Of a DNA stretch of 64,000 nucleotides, positions 45,417 to 54,543 are shown piece by piece. The notes beneath the pieces were generated by a model, which was not told the DNA's origin, did no database searches, and saw nothing but the letters and a program-made list of their open reading frames with translations. The position numbers and the translations under genes were made by a program. The DNA comes from Thermoplasmata archaeon. Lineage in GTDB: Archaea; Thermoplasmatota; Thermoplasmata; Lutacidiplasmatales; UBA184. The stretch covers positions 55,300-119,299 of the forward strand of contig JAKIWL010000003.1 of the NCBI GenBank assembly GCA_022750055.1, read 5' to 3'. Position 1 is the stretch's first letter. Each line of letters opens with the position of its first letter.

Positions 45417-46798
45417 GGCCCCCCCGGGTGGTGAACGACCGCGCCACGGGCGGCCTTCGCGAATTTCTGGATGTCCTTGTCCGTCGTCATCTCGGTGGCG
45501 GCGGTAAGGAACCAGCCCTCCATCCGGCCGCCGTGGGCCGGACGCGGGTCGGCGAGGGGATGGCCACCGAGGACCTTGCGAGCTCGAAGCCGCCGCAGGA
45601 AGTCCACGGCGGAGCCGCTCGAGAGCCCGACTGTGAATTCGGAGAGGTACGGCGCATCGAACCGGGGCGCGGCGAGCCCCTCGATCCCACCGAGCGCGGA
45701 GGCCAAGGTCCGGGCCTTTTCGGCGAGCCGTCCCTGCAACTCCGCGAGTCCTTTCGGTCCGACGGAGGAGGCGTAGACGACGAACGCGAGGGCTAGCAGC
45801 GACTGGTTAGTGCAGATGTTCGACGTGGCCCGGGATCGGCGGATGTGTTGCTCCCGGGTCTGAAGGGTGAGCGTGAAGGCTCGACGACCCTCCGCGTCCT
45901 TGGTCCCTCCGACGATGCGCCCGGGCGCGTAGCGGACGTGCTCCCGACGGCAGGCGAACAGCCCGAGAAGAGGGCCTCCGAACGAGGGCGGTTGGCCGAA
46001 CCCCTGCCCTTCCCCGACGACCACGTCAGCGCCCCAATCCCCGGGCGGCCTGAGGACGGACAGTGCCAACGGGTCGGCCGACACGGCGAGCGGGATCTCT
46101 CCGAGGATCCCCTTGAGATCGAGGACTCCCTCGTCGACGTGGCCGAAGCCGTTCGGAACGTCGGCAAGCGCCCCGAAGACATCGCCCGAAGCCACCGCCG
46201 CTCGAACCGTCCCTAGGTCCATCCGGCCGGTCCGATCATCGAACGGGATCTCCTCGATCCGGATCGGATGGCCGATGGCGTAGTTGGCGAGGACGCTCTT
46301 CTCCTCCCACGGCAGGCTCGCGGGGATGAGGAAGCGATGGCCCTCGTGGAGGCGACGGCACAATAGCAGCGCCTCGCCCGCGGCCGTCGCCCCGTCGTAG
46401 AGGGAGGCGTTTGCGACATCCATCCCCGTGAGCTCGACCACGAGGCTCTGGAACTCGAACAGCGACTGGAGCATCCCCTGGCTCGCCTCGGGTTGGTACG
46501 GGGTATAGGAGGTGTAGAACTCACTGCGCGAGAGGATCGCGTCGACCGCGGCCGGAATGTATCGGACCGGCATCCGCCCTCCGAGGAAGGTCGAAAACTT
46601 CGAGTACGGCTTGTTGCGGTCGAGGATCTTGTCGATCGCCTGGACGACGTCGAGCTCTTCCTTCGCCTCCCCGACGCCGAGCTTCCCCATGCGGACACGC
46701 CGTGGAATGTCGGCGAACAACTCCTCGAACGAGGCGAATCCCGCCGCCTTCAGCAGCTCGGCTTCGTCCTCTGAGGTATCGGGAATCCAGCGAGGCAC
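45413..46798 (-). CDS. gcvPA: glycine dehydrogenase (decarboxylating) subunit 1 (P-protein N-terminal subunit)
   Basis: YTSYTPYQPEASQGMLQSLFEFQ. 4-nt overlap with gcvPB. Confidence 0.9.
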   Translation of the reverse strand: MPRWIPDTSEDEAELLKAAGFASFEELFADIPRRVRMGKLGVGEAKEELDVVQAIDKILDRNKPYSKFSTFLGGRMPVRYIPAAVDAILSRSEFYTSYTPYQPEASQGMLQSLFEFQSLVVELTGMDVANASLYDGATAAGEALLLCRRLHEGHRFLIPASLPWEEKSVLANYAIGHPIRIEEIPFDDRTGRMDLGTVRAAVASGDVFGALADVPNGFGHVDEGVLDLKGILGEIPLAVSADPLALSVLRPPGDWGADVVVGEGQGFGQPPSFGGPLLGLFACRREHVRYAPGRIVGGTKDAEGRRAFTLTLQTREQHIRRSRATSNICTNQSLLALAFVVYASSVGPKGLAELQGRLAEKARTLASALGGIEGLAAPRFDAPYLSEFTVGLSSGSAVDFLRRLRARKVLGGHPLADPRPAHGGRMEGWFLTAATEMTTDKDIQKFAKAARGAVVHHPGGP

Positions 46799-46933
46799 GT
46801 GGTGACCCCGAGTGCCGCGCGAGCCGGGCGCGGCTTAAATCGTTCGCGCCCGCTCGCAACGGGTCCGGACACGTCGAGCCGCGGCGCCCCTTCACGGCAC
46901 CCTTTTCACGCCGCCCCTCGTGGCGAGCCGGGC

Positions 46934-47989
46934 ATGCCGACGCGCAGGGGCCGAGAGGATCGCGGCGCCGCCGGAGGCGCCCGCCCCGGAACGCCCCCGT
47001 CCTCGGCGATCCTCGATACGGCGTTTCACACGGCGTACAAGGCGACGGCCCACGGGGACACGCCCCTCGACCGGGCCCGTCGTCGAGCCCTCCTCAAGAT
47101 CGTCCGGTCCTCTGCGATCGTCGTGCGCCACCTGCGCCTGTCGATACAGACCGCCACGAAGCCGGAGCTGACCGATTTTGACCATGCCATGCTCGACCGC
47201 CGGTTCGGTCGCGGCTCCTTCGACCGGTCGGCCCGCCGAGTCCTCCGAGCCGTCGAGCGGATCCGAGGACTGACCGCCGAGGAGCAGCGACTCCTCCGAA
47301 AGGCATCGACCCGGGAGGCCTTCGGTGAATCGGTTCGGAGATTCTACGGAAGGCTTGCGAGCTTCACTCGGGAGGTCGACCCGGACCTTGCGTTCCTTGG
47401 TGAGGTGGCCCGATTCCGTCGGAACCACCCGCACCTCGACCCCGACGCCCCCGTGCTCGCGGTCGCCGGGTTCCCCAACGTCGGGAAGTCCTCGCTCGTC
47501 GCCCGTCTGTCCCCCGCTCGACCGAAGATCGCCCCCTACCCCTTCACCACGGTCGCCCTTGAGGTGGGTCACGCCGACCTCGGGTTCGACCGATTGCAGG
47601 TCGTGGACACTCCCGGCGTCCTCAATCGAACGCGCCGGGGCAATCCGGCCGAGGCCGAGGCGGAAACCGCCGTCTCTCATGCGGCCACGGTCGTCCTGTT
47701 CGTCCTCGACCCGTCGGAGTCATGCGGGTACTCGTTGGAGGAGCAGGAACGCCTGCTCGCCCGATGGAAAGACGAGCTGCCGGCGGTGCGGATCATCGAA
47801 GTGGAAACGAAATCTGACCTGACGAAACGGGGGAATCAACGCCTCACCGTTTCGGCGACCACCGGAGAGGGGATCGAACGGCTCGTCGAAGAGATCGCCC
47901 GGGCGATCCGGGAGGCCCAGCCGGCCCGTACTCCCCCCCCGCCCGTCGAAGGGGACGAGTTCATCGTTGAGCCCCCCGGCCGTTCCTGA
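46934..47989 (+). CDS. NOG1-family GTPase (archaeal Nog1-like)
   Basis: N-terminal helical domain SAILDTAFHTAYKATAHGD…LKIVRSS. G1 motif LAVAGFPNVGKSSLV. G3 motif VVDTPG. Start set at the internal ATG 46934. Confidence 0.7.
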   Translation: MPTRRGREDRGAAGGARPGTPPSSAILDTAFHTAYKATAHGDTPLDRARRRALLKIVRSSAIVVRHLRLSIQTATKPELTDFDHAMLDRRFGRGSFDRSARRVLRAVERIRGLTAEEQRLLRKASTREAFGESVRRFYGRLASFTREVDPDLAFLGEVARFRRNHPHLDPDAPVLAVAGFPNVGKSSLVARLSPARPKIAPYPFTTVALEVGHADLGFDRLQVVDTPGVLNRTRRGNPAEAEAETAVSHAATVVLFVLDPSESCGYSLEEQERLLARWKDELPAVRIIEVETKSDLTKRGNQRLTVSATTGEGIERLVEEIARAIREAQPARTPPPPVEGDEFIVEPPGRS

Positions 47990-48087
47990 CGGAACGCCCG
48001 GGGGCGCGGGGGACACCGAGCGATCGAGCCCGGGTGAGTCGACGGGGGGCCGGCCCGCGGCGCGGGCCGAGGCTCCCCTCGATCCGG

Positions 48088-49320
48088 TCAGACTTCGAAG
48101 CGGTGGCCGTTCTCAGGAAGGACCACGTCGAGCTCGCCGCGCAGCGCGTCGGCAAGCGCTTCGCGCTGGTCCCCATGCATCAAGACGAGGGTCTTCGCTC
48201 CCGTATCGCGGACGATCCGGATCAGGTCCGAGTGGCCGGCGTGCGCCGAGAAGTCGAACTTCAGGACCTCGCACTCCGGTCGGATCGTCACCCCATCCAC
48301 GGTGATCGTTCCCTGGTCGATGAGCTGGCGCCCGTTCGAGCCGTCGACCTGGAATCCGGTCAGTAGGATCGAGCTGCGCGGGTCCTTGTAGTGTTCGGCG
48401 ATGTACGTGAGGACGGGCCCCCCATCGAGCATCCCACCGGTGGTGATGATCACCTCGCCTTCTCGGGCCGCATGGCGACGCTCCTCCGAGCTGGCCACAG
48501 TGTGGACGGATTCGACGGCCCGGCGGAAGCGCCGCGAGTCGGCGAGGTATCGGGGGTGGTTGAGGTAGATCGAGTTGACCTTCTTCGCCATGCCGTCGAG
48601 CCAGATGTCGTGCCCGGTGCCCTGCAACGCGAGCAGGACCTCCTGAGCGCGCCCGACCGCGAACGCAGGAACGATCGCCTGCCCGCCGCGCGCCACCGTC
48701 TCGGCGACCTTCTCCCGGAACTCCCTCTCGGTCACCTTTCGGTCCGGATGCTCCCGGCCGGCGTAGGTCGATTCCATCACGAGCACGTCGCCCTTCGGAG
48801 GCTCGGCCGCGGGGACGAGGTGGGTGGCCTGCAAAAGCACGTCCCCGGAAAAGATGAGGTCCTTGGCGCCCCGATATCGGAACATCGCCGCGCCCGGGAT
48901 GTGCCCCGCCGGCGCCACGTCCACCTCGATGCCGTGGTGGCGAACGGACCCGCCCGGGTCGGTCTCGGTGAAGCGGCTTCGCAGCGTCTGGATGTCGTCC
49001 GAGGTGTAGGGCGGAAGGTACCCTTCCAGGCGGGCGACCTTGAGATTGTCGCGCGCGAGCAGGTCCGTGACCGCGGTCGTGACGGCCGTGGCCACGATGC
49101 GCGTCTTCGGAAGGCGGCTGACGATCGGGCTCATGCCCGTGTGGTCGAGGTGCGCGTGCGAGATGAAGGCCGCGTCGATCGTCGATGGGAGCGGTCTCGG
49201 GTACGACGGCGGGTCGCTGGGGGTGATCCCGTAGTCGAACAGGATCGTCCGTCCCTGGTCCCGGACCACGAGTCCGAGCGAGCCGATCTCGGAAGCGCCG
49301 CCGAGGAATTGCAGTTCCAT
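48088..49320 (-). CDS. metallo-beta-lactamase / beta-CASP family ribonuclease (aCPSF2-like, no KH domains)
   Basis: Start at the internal ATG 49320 (MELQFLGGASEIG). HxHxDH as ISHAHLDHTG. Beta-CASP motifs. 410 aa. Confidence 0.75.
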   Translation of the reverse strand: MELQFLGGASEIGSLGLVVRDQGRTILFDYGITPSDPPSYPRPLPSTIDAAFISHAHLDHTGMSPIVSRLPKTRIVATAVTTAVTDLLARDNLKVARLEGYLPPYTSDDIQTLRSRFTETDPGGSVRHHGIEVDVAPAGHIPGAAMFRYRGAKDLIFSGDVLLQATHLVPAAEPPKGDVLVMESTYAGREHPDRKVTEREFREKVAETVARGGQAIVPAFAVGRAQEVLLALQGTGHDIWLDGMAKKVNSIYLNHPRYLADSRRFRRAVESVHTVASSEERRHAAREGEVIITTGGMLDGGPVLTYIAEHYKDPRSSILLTGFQVDGSNGRQLIDQGTITVDGVTIRPECEVLKFDFSAHAGHSDLIRIVRDTGAKTLVLMHGDQREALADALRGELDVVLPENGHRFEV

Positions 49321-49340
49321 CCCGCGCGCGAGCTGGGCGG

Positions 49341-49351
49341 TCGATTTAACA
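49341..49351. promoter_or_regulatory. TTTAAC TATA-like element (CGATTTAACAC) in a divergent promoter region
   Basis: It lies ~25 nt upstream of the minus-strand beta-CASP start codon (49320), so spacing is right for a leaderless archaeal promoter. It is also ~70 nt upstream of the GTG of the plus-strand IMPase gene. It resembles the 15-mer at 17277 and 18811. Confidence 0.35.
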
Positions 49352-49418
49352 CCTCGGTCCGCCCGAGTGCGACGACGACTCCGCACGTCGTTATAGTCGG
49401 GGCCGGGGTCCTCCGGAC

Positions 49419-50231
49419 GTGACGGAGGGGGAACCCGGTGAGCTTGACGTTCTCTTCCGGATTGCGTACGCCGTTCACCGCGCGGTCAACCAGTCCCGTC
49501 GGTCCCCGAGCCGCGGGACGATCGTCGGAATGGGTGCGTTCGGAAGTCCCACCGAGGAGATCGACCGGGCCGCCGAGGCCCAGGTGTTCTCCTCCCTCGA
49601 GGCGGAGGGGGTCGATTGGGACGTCCTCAGCGAGGAGGCCGGCCTCGTTCGGCGCGGAGGGCGGCGCACGCTCGTGCTCGACCCGGTTGACGGAAGCCAC
49701 AACGCGCTGCGCGGCGTGCCGTTCGCCACGGTCTCCCTTGCCCTCGGTTCGAAGAACCTCGCAGGGGTCGACATCGGCGTGGTCCACGACCTCTACCGGG
49801 GCCACACCTTCTGGGGGGTGCGGGGGGAGGGAGCGTTCCGGGACGGCCATCGGATCCACCCCCGCGCGTGGGACCCTCGAACCGAGCTCTTCCTTCTCAA
49901 CCTCGGCCGCCACGCGTCTCCGCGGTCCGCCACCTGGGCCGCGAAGGGCCGGCGGATCCGATCGCTGGGCTGCGCGTCGTATGAGATGGCCCTGATCGCC
50001 GAGGGGGCGGCCGACGCCTACTTCTTCGAGAACGACCCACCGACGAGCAACCTGCGGGTCACCGACATCGCTGCAGGATACCGGATCCTGCTCGAGGCCG
50101 GCGGCGGGGCCACCGACGCGCTCGGGAAGCCGGTGGACCGGGTGCCCCTGCATCTCGACGAGCGGACGAGCGTCTTCGCCTGGGGGGACGCGACGTTCGC
50201 CTCGAAGGCCCATTCGGAGGGATACCTCTGA
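49419..50231 (+). CDS. inositol monophosphatase / fructose-1,6-bisphosphatase family (IMPase/FBPase; possible NADP phosphatase)
   Basis: GTG start. Motifs DPVDGS and EE…, and WDPRTELFLLN. 270 aa. Confidence 0.8.
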   Translation: MTEGEPGELDVLFRIAYAVHRAVNQSRRSPSRGTIVGMGAFGSPTEEIDRAAEAQVFSSLEAEGVDWDVLSEEAGLVRRGGRRTLVLDPVDGSHNALRGVPFATVSLALGSKNLAGVDIGVVHDLYRGHTFWGVRGEGAFRDGHRIHPRAWDPRTELFLLNLGRHASPRSATWAAKGRRIRSLGCASYEMALIAEGAADAYFFENDPPTSNLRVTDIAAGYRILLEAGGGATDALGKPVDRVPLHLDERTSVFAWGDATFASKAHSEGYL

Positions 50232-50269
50232 AGATCGGGATCGCGGCGAACCCGAACAAGCCGCTCGCG

Positions 50270-51109
50270 GTGACGCTCGCGCGGCGCGCGATCGACCTGA
50301 TCGGGTCCCGGGCCGAGATCGTGCTGACCGCTGAGACCCGGGCGGCGCTCGGCACGGTGGGGCCGAGCGTACCCCTAGAAGAGCTCGACGCCGACGCCCT
50401 CGTCGTGTTGGGGGGGGACGGGACGATCCTGTACACCCTGCAACGATCTCGCATCCCGATCCTGCCCATCAACGCCGGCACCGTCGGCTTCCTCGCCGAG
50501 ATCGACGGGGAGAACCCCAAGGCGTTCGAGGGGGCGGTCGAGCGGCTGCTCCGGGGCGCCTATCACGTCGAGGACCGGATGAAGCTCGCTTCCTCGATCG
50601 GACGAGTCCCGCTGCCGGACGCGACGAACGAGGTGGTGGTCCACACGGGCCAGGTCGCGAAGATGCGCCTGTTCGAGATCCTCGTCGACCGGAGGCCGGT
50701 CGGGCGGCTGCGGGCTGACGGCGTGATCGTGGCGACGTCGACCGGGTCGACCTCGTACGCCCTTTCGGCGCTCGGCCCGATCGTGGACCCGTCGATCGAA
50801 GGGATCCTCGTCGCCGCCCTCGCGCCGTTCCAATCCACCCAGCGGGCGGTCCTCATCGATCCGCTCCGCATCGTCGGGGTCCGACTCGTCCAGGAGGGGA
50901 AGGACGGGGTGGTCGTGGTGGATGGTCAGGAGGAGCGCCCGGTCGCGGGTGGGGCGACCGTGACGGTCTATCGGTCCCCCCGGCGGAGCTCGTTCATCCG
51001 CTTGGGAGGAAGCTTCTTCCGGCGCCTCCAGGGAAAGCAGATCCTTCCGTGGAACCAGCCCGCCCAGGGTCCGGAGGCGTTGGATGCCGATCTTCCGCCC
51101 ACGCCGTAA
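50270..51109 (+). CDS. nadK: NAD kinase
   Basis: GGDGT, NAGTVGFL, DGVIVATSTGSTSYALSALGP. The conserved N-terminal strand (L)KIGIAANPNKPLAV is encoded upstream of GTG 50270 (from ~50228) with no canonical start codon. It overlaps the IMPase stop. Confidence 0.75.
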   Translation: MTLARRAIDLIGSRAEIVLTAETRAALGTVGPSVPLEELDADALVVLGGDGTILYTLQRSRIPILPINAGTVGFLAEIDGENPKAFEGAVERLLRGAYHVEDRMKLASSIGRVPLPDATNEVVVHTGQVAKMRLFEILVDRRPVGRLRADGVIVATSTGSTSYALSALGPIVDPSIEGILVAALAPFQSTQRAVLIDPLRIVGVRLVQEGKDGVVVVDGQEERPVAGGATVTVYRSPRRSSFIRLGGSFFRRLQGKQILPWNQPAQGPEALDADLPPTP

Positions 51110-51620
51110 GAACGCGAGCCGGGCGCGGATCGGGGTCACCCCTAAGGCCATCACTCGGCGCTGCCTGGACTCGGCGCTCGCCTGTGCCGCCTCGGCGTAT
51201 CCGAACGAATTCGGTGGAATCCTGCGCGCCGACTCGCCCGGAACGATCTCGGAGCTCCTCTTGCTTCCCGGGACGACGGCGGGCCACCGCCACGCAAACT
51301 TCCAGCTGTACATGATGCCCGTCGACCTCGGCACGGCCGGCACCGTGCACTCGCATCCGTCGGGCGCCCTGCACCCGTCCGAGGCCGACGTCCGGCTCTT
51401 CCGGCATTGGGGCCGGCGGCACTTCATCCTCGGGTACCCGTTCGGACCCGGCCAGTGGCGCGCCTACGACGGGAACGGCGAGGAGGTCTCGATGGACGTG
51501 GTCGGAGTGGGGGGGGGTTCGTCGACCCTATCGACGTTCGAGCGTCGACGCGGACACCGGGAACTCGGCGACCGCGCTAGGCCGATCCCCGACGAGGCTT
51601 CGCCGGGGGACTCCGAGTAA
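51084..51620 (+). CDS. JAB/MPN (JAMM) domain metalloprotease
   Basis: JAMM motif E…HSHPSGALHPSEAD. The start is uncertain, and the track ORF overlaps the nadK 3' end. Confidence 0.6.
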   Translation: MPIFRPRRKNASRARIGVTPKAITRRCLDSALACAASAYPNEFGGILRADSPGTISELLLLPGTTAGHRHANFQLYMMPVDLGTAGTVHSHPSGALHPSEADVRLFRHWGRRHFILGYPFGPGQWRAYDGNGEEVSMDVVGVGGGSSTLSTFERRRGHRELGDRARPIPDEASPGDSE

Positions 51621-51631
51621 CGCGCGCGAGG

Positions 51632-53227
51632 CTATTCTCGCATCGGTATCGTCGGGATCGGGATCCGTTCCGGATGAGCGAGCGGGCTCTCGAGACGACC
51701 GGCCGGCGCCTTGCGGGGGGGACTCCACAGACCCTGGCTCTTTGCGATCACATCGAGGAAGGTGATGAAGCCGCGGAACGTCGCCCGATAGGCGGTGGGG
51801 TGGCCGGTCTCCCAGTCGAAGAAGTCGCGCAGGAGGCCCTTTGACTGGCGTAGCCCGTGGCTGAGCGCGCGCTTGAACAGTTCCTGTTGGACCTCGGAGA
51901 GCCGGTCCCGCCGGAACCAATCCGTGTTCTTCAGGTGGCCCAGCGGAACGAAGAACATCGGCACGAGGATCGCCTTGAAATCCCAGAGGTCGTCGATGAG
52001 TTCGATCGTCTTCAGGACGTCGTCCTCGGTCTCCTGGGGAAGGCCGACGATGAACGTGCAGGCGGGGAAGACCTTGTTGTCGTTCATCAGGCCGGCGGCC
52101 TGCACCACGAGTTCCGGCCATTGGGAGGCCTTGAAGGGAGCGACCTTGCCCGGCATCGCCGCGGTGATCATCCGGGGGCTGCCCGTCTCCACGCCGACCT
52201 CGACGCCCCACCAGGACTGCTTCTCGTCGATGAGCACCTCGGCGCACTTCCCGAGGAGCTTCGGTTTGGTCATCAGCGAGGCGATCGCGACGTGGCTCCA
52301 ACCCACTTGATCGTAGTATCGCTTCGCGAGCGCGAGGAGGGGGAGGAGCTTCTCTTCCCGGGGCATCACGTTCGGACTGCCGTAGAAATACACGTCGTCG
52401 GAGTGAAGCAGCCCCTTCTTGATCCCGATTTTCGCATTGACCTTGAGCTCCTCTTCGACCTTCTCGAGCGGGTACCAGCGGGTCGGGCGGGTGGTCACGG
52501 AGCAGAACGAGCAGCCCCGGCAGCATCCGCGTCCGATCTCGATCAGGCCGTTGACGCTCGGATACTTGATCGAGGAGATCTCTTCGACCTTCGGAGATTC
52601 CTTGGGGGTCAGCACGACGTGAGGCGGGAGGTACTCGTCGTTGAGCGCCTTTCGGACGATCTCACGGACAAAGAGGTCCGACTCGCCTTCGACCACGGAG
52701 TCGACGCCGCCGATCGATTCGACGAACTCCCCGACCCACGGTAGCTTCTGCCGGGTCGCTGGCGCGAGCTGCCAGGCGCACGGACCGCCCGCGATGAGCT
52801 TCATACCCTGTTTTCGGGCCTCGAGCACGTGCGGCTGGCGAAGCATCCGCTTGAAGTTCACGCTGTTGAGCGGTTCCTTGTGCATCACGCCACCAAACGT
52901 CGAGGACGGCGGGTTCAGGCCGAAGTAGTCGTGGCCGGAGACCAGCAGCACCTTCGCCTTCCCGGGCATGTACCGGTCGAGGAAGCTCGGGTGGACGATC
53001 CGGGCGTCGAATCCGGCGTCGATCAGCGACGCCTCAATCTTCCGCATCCCGTAGGGTGCCTCGCGAGGATACCCGTTCTCGTCCGTCTCCATGGTCGGGA
53101 AGAACAGCCTTTGGTAGACCCGCTCGGGAAAGATGTAGGCCGGCGTGGTGGTGCCGAAGCCCAGGAACTCCTTCCCGTGATGGTTGCTCATCATCGTCCA
53201 ATCGCAGGTGATGACGACCTCTGGCAT
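51632..53227 (-). CDS. B12-binding-domain radical SAM protein
   Basis: CxxxCxxC as GRGCCRGCSFCS. The N-terminal region resembles a B12-binding Rossmann-like domain. 531 aa, Lys-rich. Confidence 0.75.
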   Translation of the reverse strand: MPEVVITCDWTMMSNHHGKEFLGFGTTTPAYIFPERVYQRLFFPTMETDENGYPREAPYGMRKIEASLIDAGFDARIVHPSFLDRYMPGKAKVLLVSGHDYFGLNPPSSTFGGVMHKEPLNSVNFKRMLRQPHVLEARKQGMKLIAGGPCAWQLAPATRQKLPWVGEFVESIGGVDSVVEGESDLFVREIVRKALNDEYLPPHVVLTPKESPKVEEISSIKYPSVNGLIEIGRGCCRGCSFCSVTTRPTRWYPLEKVEEELKVNAKIGIKKGLLHSDDVYFYGSPNVMPREEKLLPLLALAKRYYDQVGWSHVAIASLMTKPKLLGKCAEVLIDEKQSWWGVEVGVETGSPRMITAAMPGKVAPFKASQWPELVVQAAGLMNDNKVFPACTFIVGLPQETEDDVLKTIELIDDLWDFKAILVPMFFVPLGHLKNTDWFRRDRLSEVQQELFKRALSHGLRQSKGLLRDFFDWETGHPTAYRATFRGFITFLDVIAKSQGLWSPPRKAPAGRLESPLAHPERIPIPTIPMRE

Positions 53228-53349
53228 TGTGGAACCCCCGTCGTAGAATCGGACGGTCGTTCTGCATATAGAGATTCTGGCGGGGCCGATCGGCTCCCCC
53301 TTCCAACGGGGCCCACTCGGAGGCTCGTTACGCCGGACCGACGTTCCGA

Positions 53350-53622
53350 TCAGCCGAAGTCAGACTCGTCGTCATCCCGCGACAGCCCCCCTTCAGAAGG
53401 CTCCGAAGTCTCCTCCGTCGCCTCCTCGCCCCCTCCCCCCTCGCGGAAGGCGGGGTCGCGTTGCAGGAGATGAATTCGCACGCAATCCCGGTGCGCCGGA
53501 TTCCCATTCCACGAGCTCGTTTCATCGGGTTGCGTGAGGGGCTCCTTGCATAGACAGCAGATTTCGGGGGGTGCGATGATCCAGGCGATACGCCTGGGGG
53601 GGGCTGTCACAGTAGTACTCAT
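53350..53622 (-). CDS. small acidic Cys-containing protein (putative zinc-binding), hypothetical
   Basis: Internal ATG 53622: MSTTVTAPPRRIAWIIAPPEICCLCKEP…HRDCVRIHLL… with an acidic tail. The rest of the track ORF is low-complexity. Confidence 0.3.
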   Translation of the reverse strand: MSTTVTAPPRRIAWIIAPPEICCLCKEPLTQPDETSSWNGNPAHRDCVRIHLLQRDPAFREGGGGEEATEETSEPSEGGLSRDDDESDFG

Positions 53623-53946
53623 CAGACATACCTCGACGGGCGCTTTGTAGATTTCGATACCCCATTCGATCCTTCGCCGACTCCATGACCCGAGAGGAGG
53701 AGGTTGGGATCCGACGAGGGCCCGTCGAGGTCCACGATCGCGGCCAGGCGAGCGCTTGGCTAGACCACACTCGGTCGAAGCTGCCGGCCGGTCCATCGAA
53801 CTGGAGGGGGTGGACCGAACGGCGATCCGCACGGAGCCCCGTCCGAACCGGCTGCCCCGGGCCGGGAGACCGACCAAGAAGGCCCCGACCCCGTTCCCTG
53901 CTCAGCACGCAACTCCCATTAGCGCCCGACGGTCACGGTTCGAGGC

Positions 53947-54543
53947 ATGGACACTCTGTCCGAGATCCGCAAGCGGCGTACGGCGCTCGGTATCCCGCTG
54001 AACGAGATCGCGAAGGCGGTGGGCCGTAGCGATTCGACCCTGTCCCGAATCGAACGAGGTCAGATCCGCCCATCGTACGACCTCGTTCAACTCATCCTCA
54101 ACTATCTCGAAGAACGGGAGGGGGTCGAGGCACCCAGATTGCACGCCGGGGACCTGATGAACCGAACGCTCGTGTTCGCCGAAGGCTCTGCCACCTTGGC
54201 CTCCGCAGCCCAGGCGATGGAGCGGGGTGCGTTCTCCCAGGTGCCCGTGATCGAGAACGGCCGGGTGACCGGATCGATCTCGGAGGCCCGGATCCTGCGC
54301 GCCCTCGCGAGGCCGGAGGGCCGCCGCACTCGCGTGCGCGAGGTGCAAGAGGAAGCCTATCCGCAGGTCGACGAGGCGTTTCCCGCGGACCTGCTCGCTG
54401 GTCTGTTTGCGCGGTACCCGGCGGTCCTCGTCGCTCACCGGGGCGAGCTTCGGGGGATCCTGACGAAAACCGACCTCATCCGCGGTCTGCGAGGGAACGC
54501 CTTGCGCCGGACGGCGGCGTCGCCTCCGTCCAAGGGACCTTGA
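53947..54543 (+). CDS. HTH (XRE-type) plus CBS-domain transcriptional regulator
   Basis: HTH LNEIAKAVGRSDSTLSRIERGQIRPS. A CBS pair follows (…FSQVPVIENGRVTGSISEARIL… and VLVAHRGELRGILTKTDLI). Confidence 0.7.
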   Translation: MDTLSEIRKRRTALGIPLNEIAKAVGRSDSTLSRIERGQIRPSYDLVQLILNYLEEREGVEAPRLHAGDLMNRTLVFAEGSATLASAAQAMERGAFSQVPVIENGRVTGSISEARILRALARPEGRRTRVREVQEEAYPQVDEAFPADLLAGLFARYPAVLVAHRGELRGILTKTDLIRGLRGNALRRTAASPPSKGP

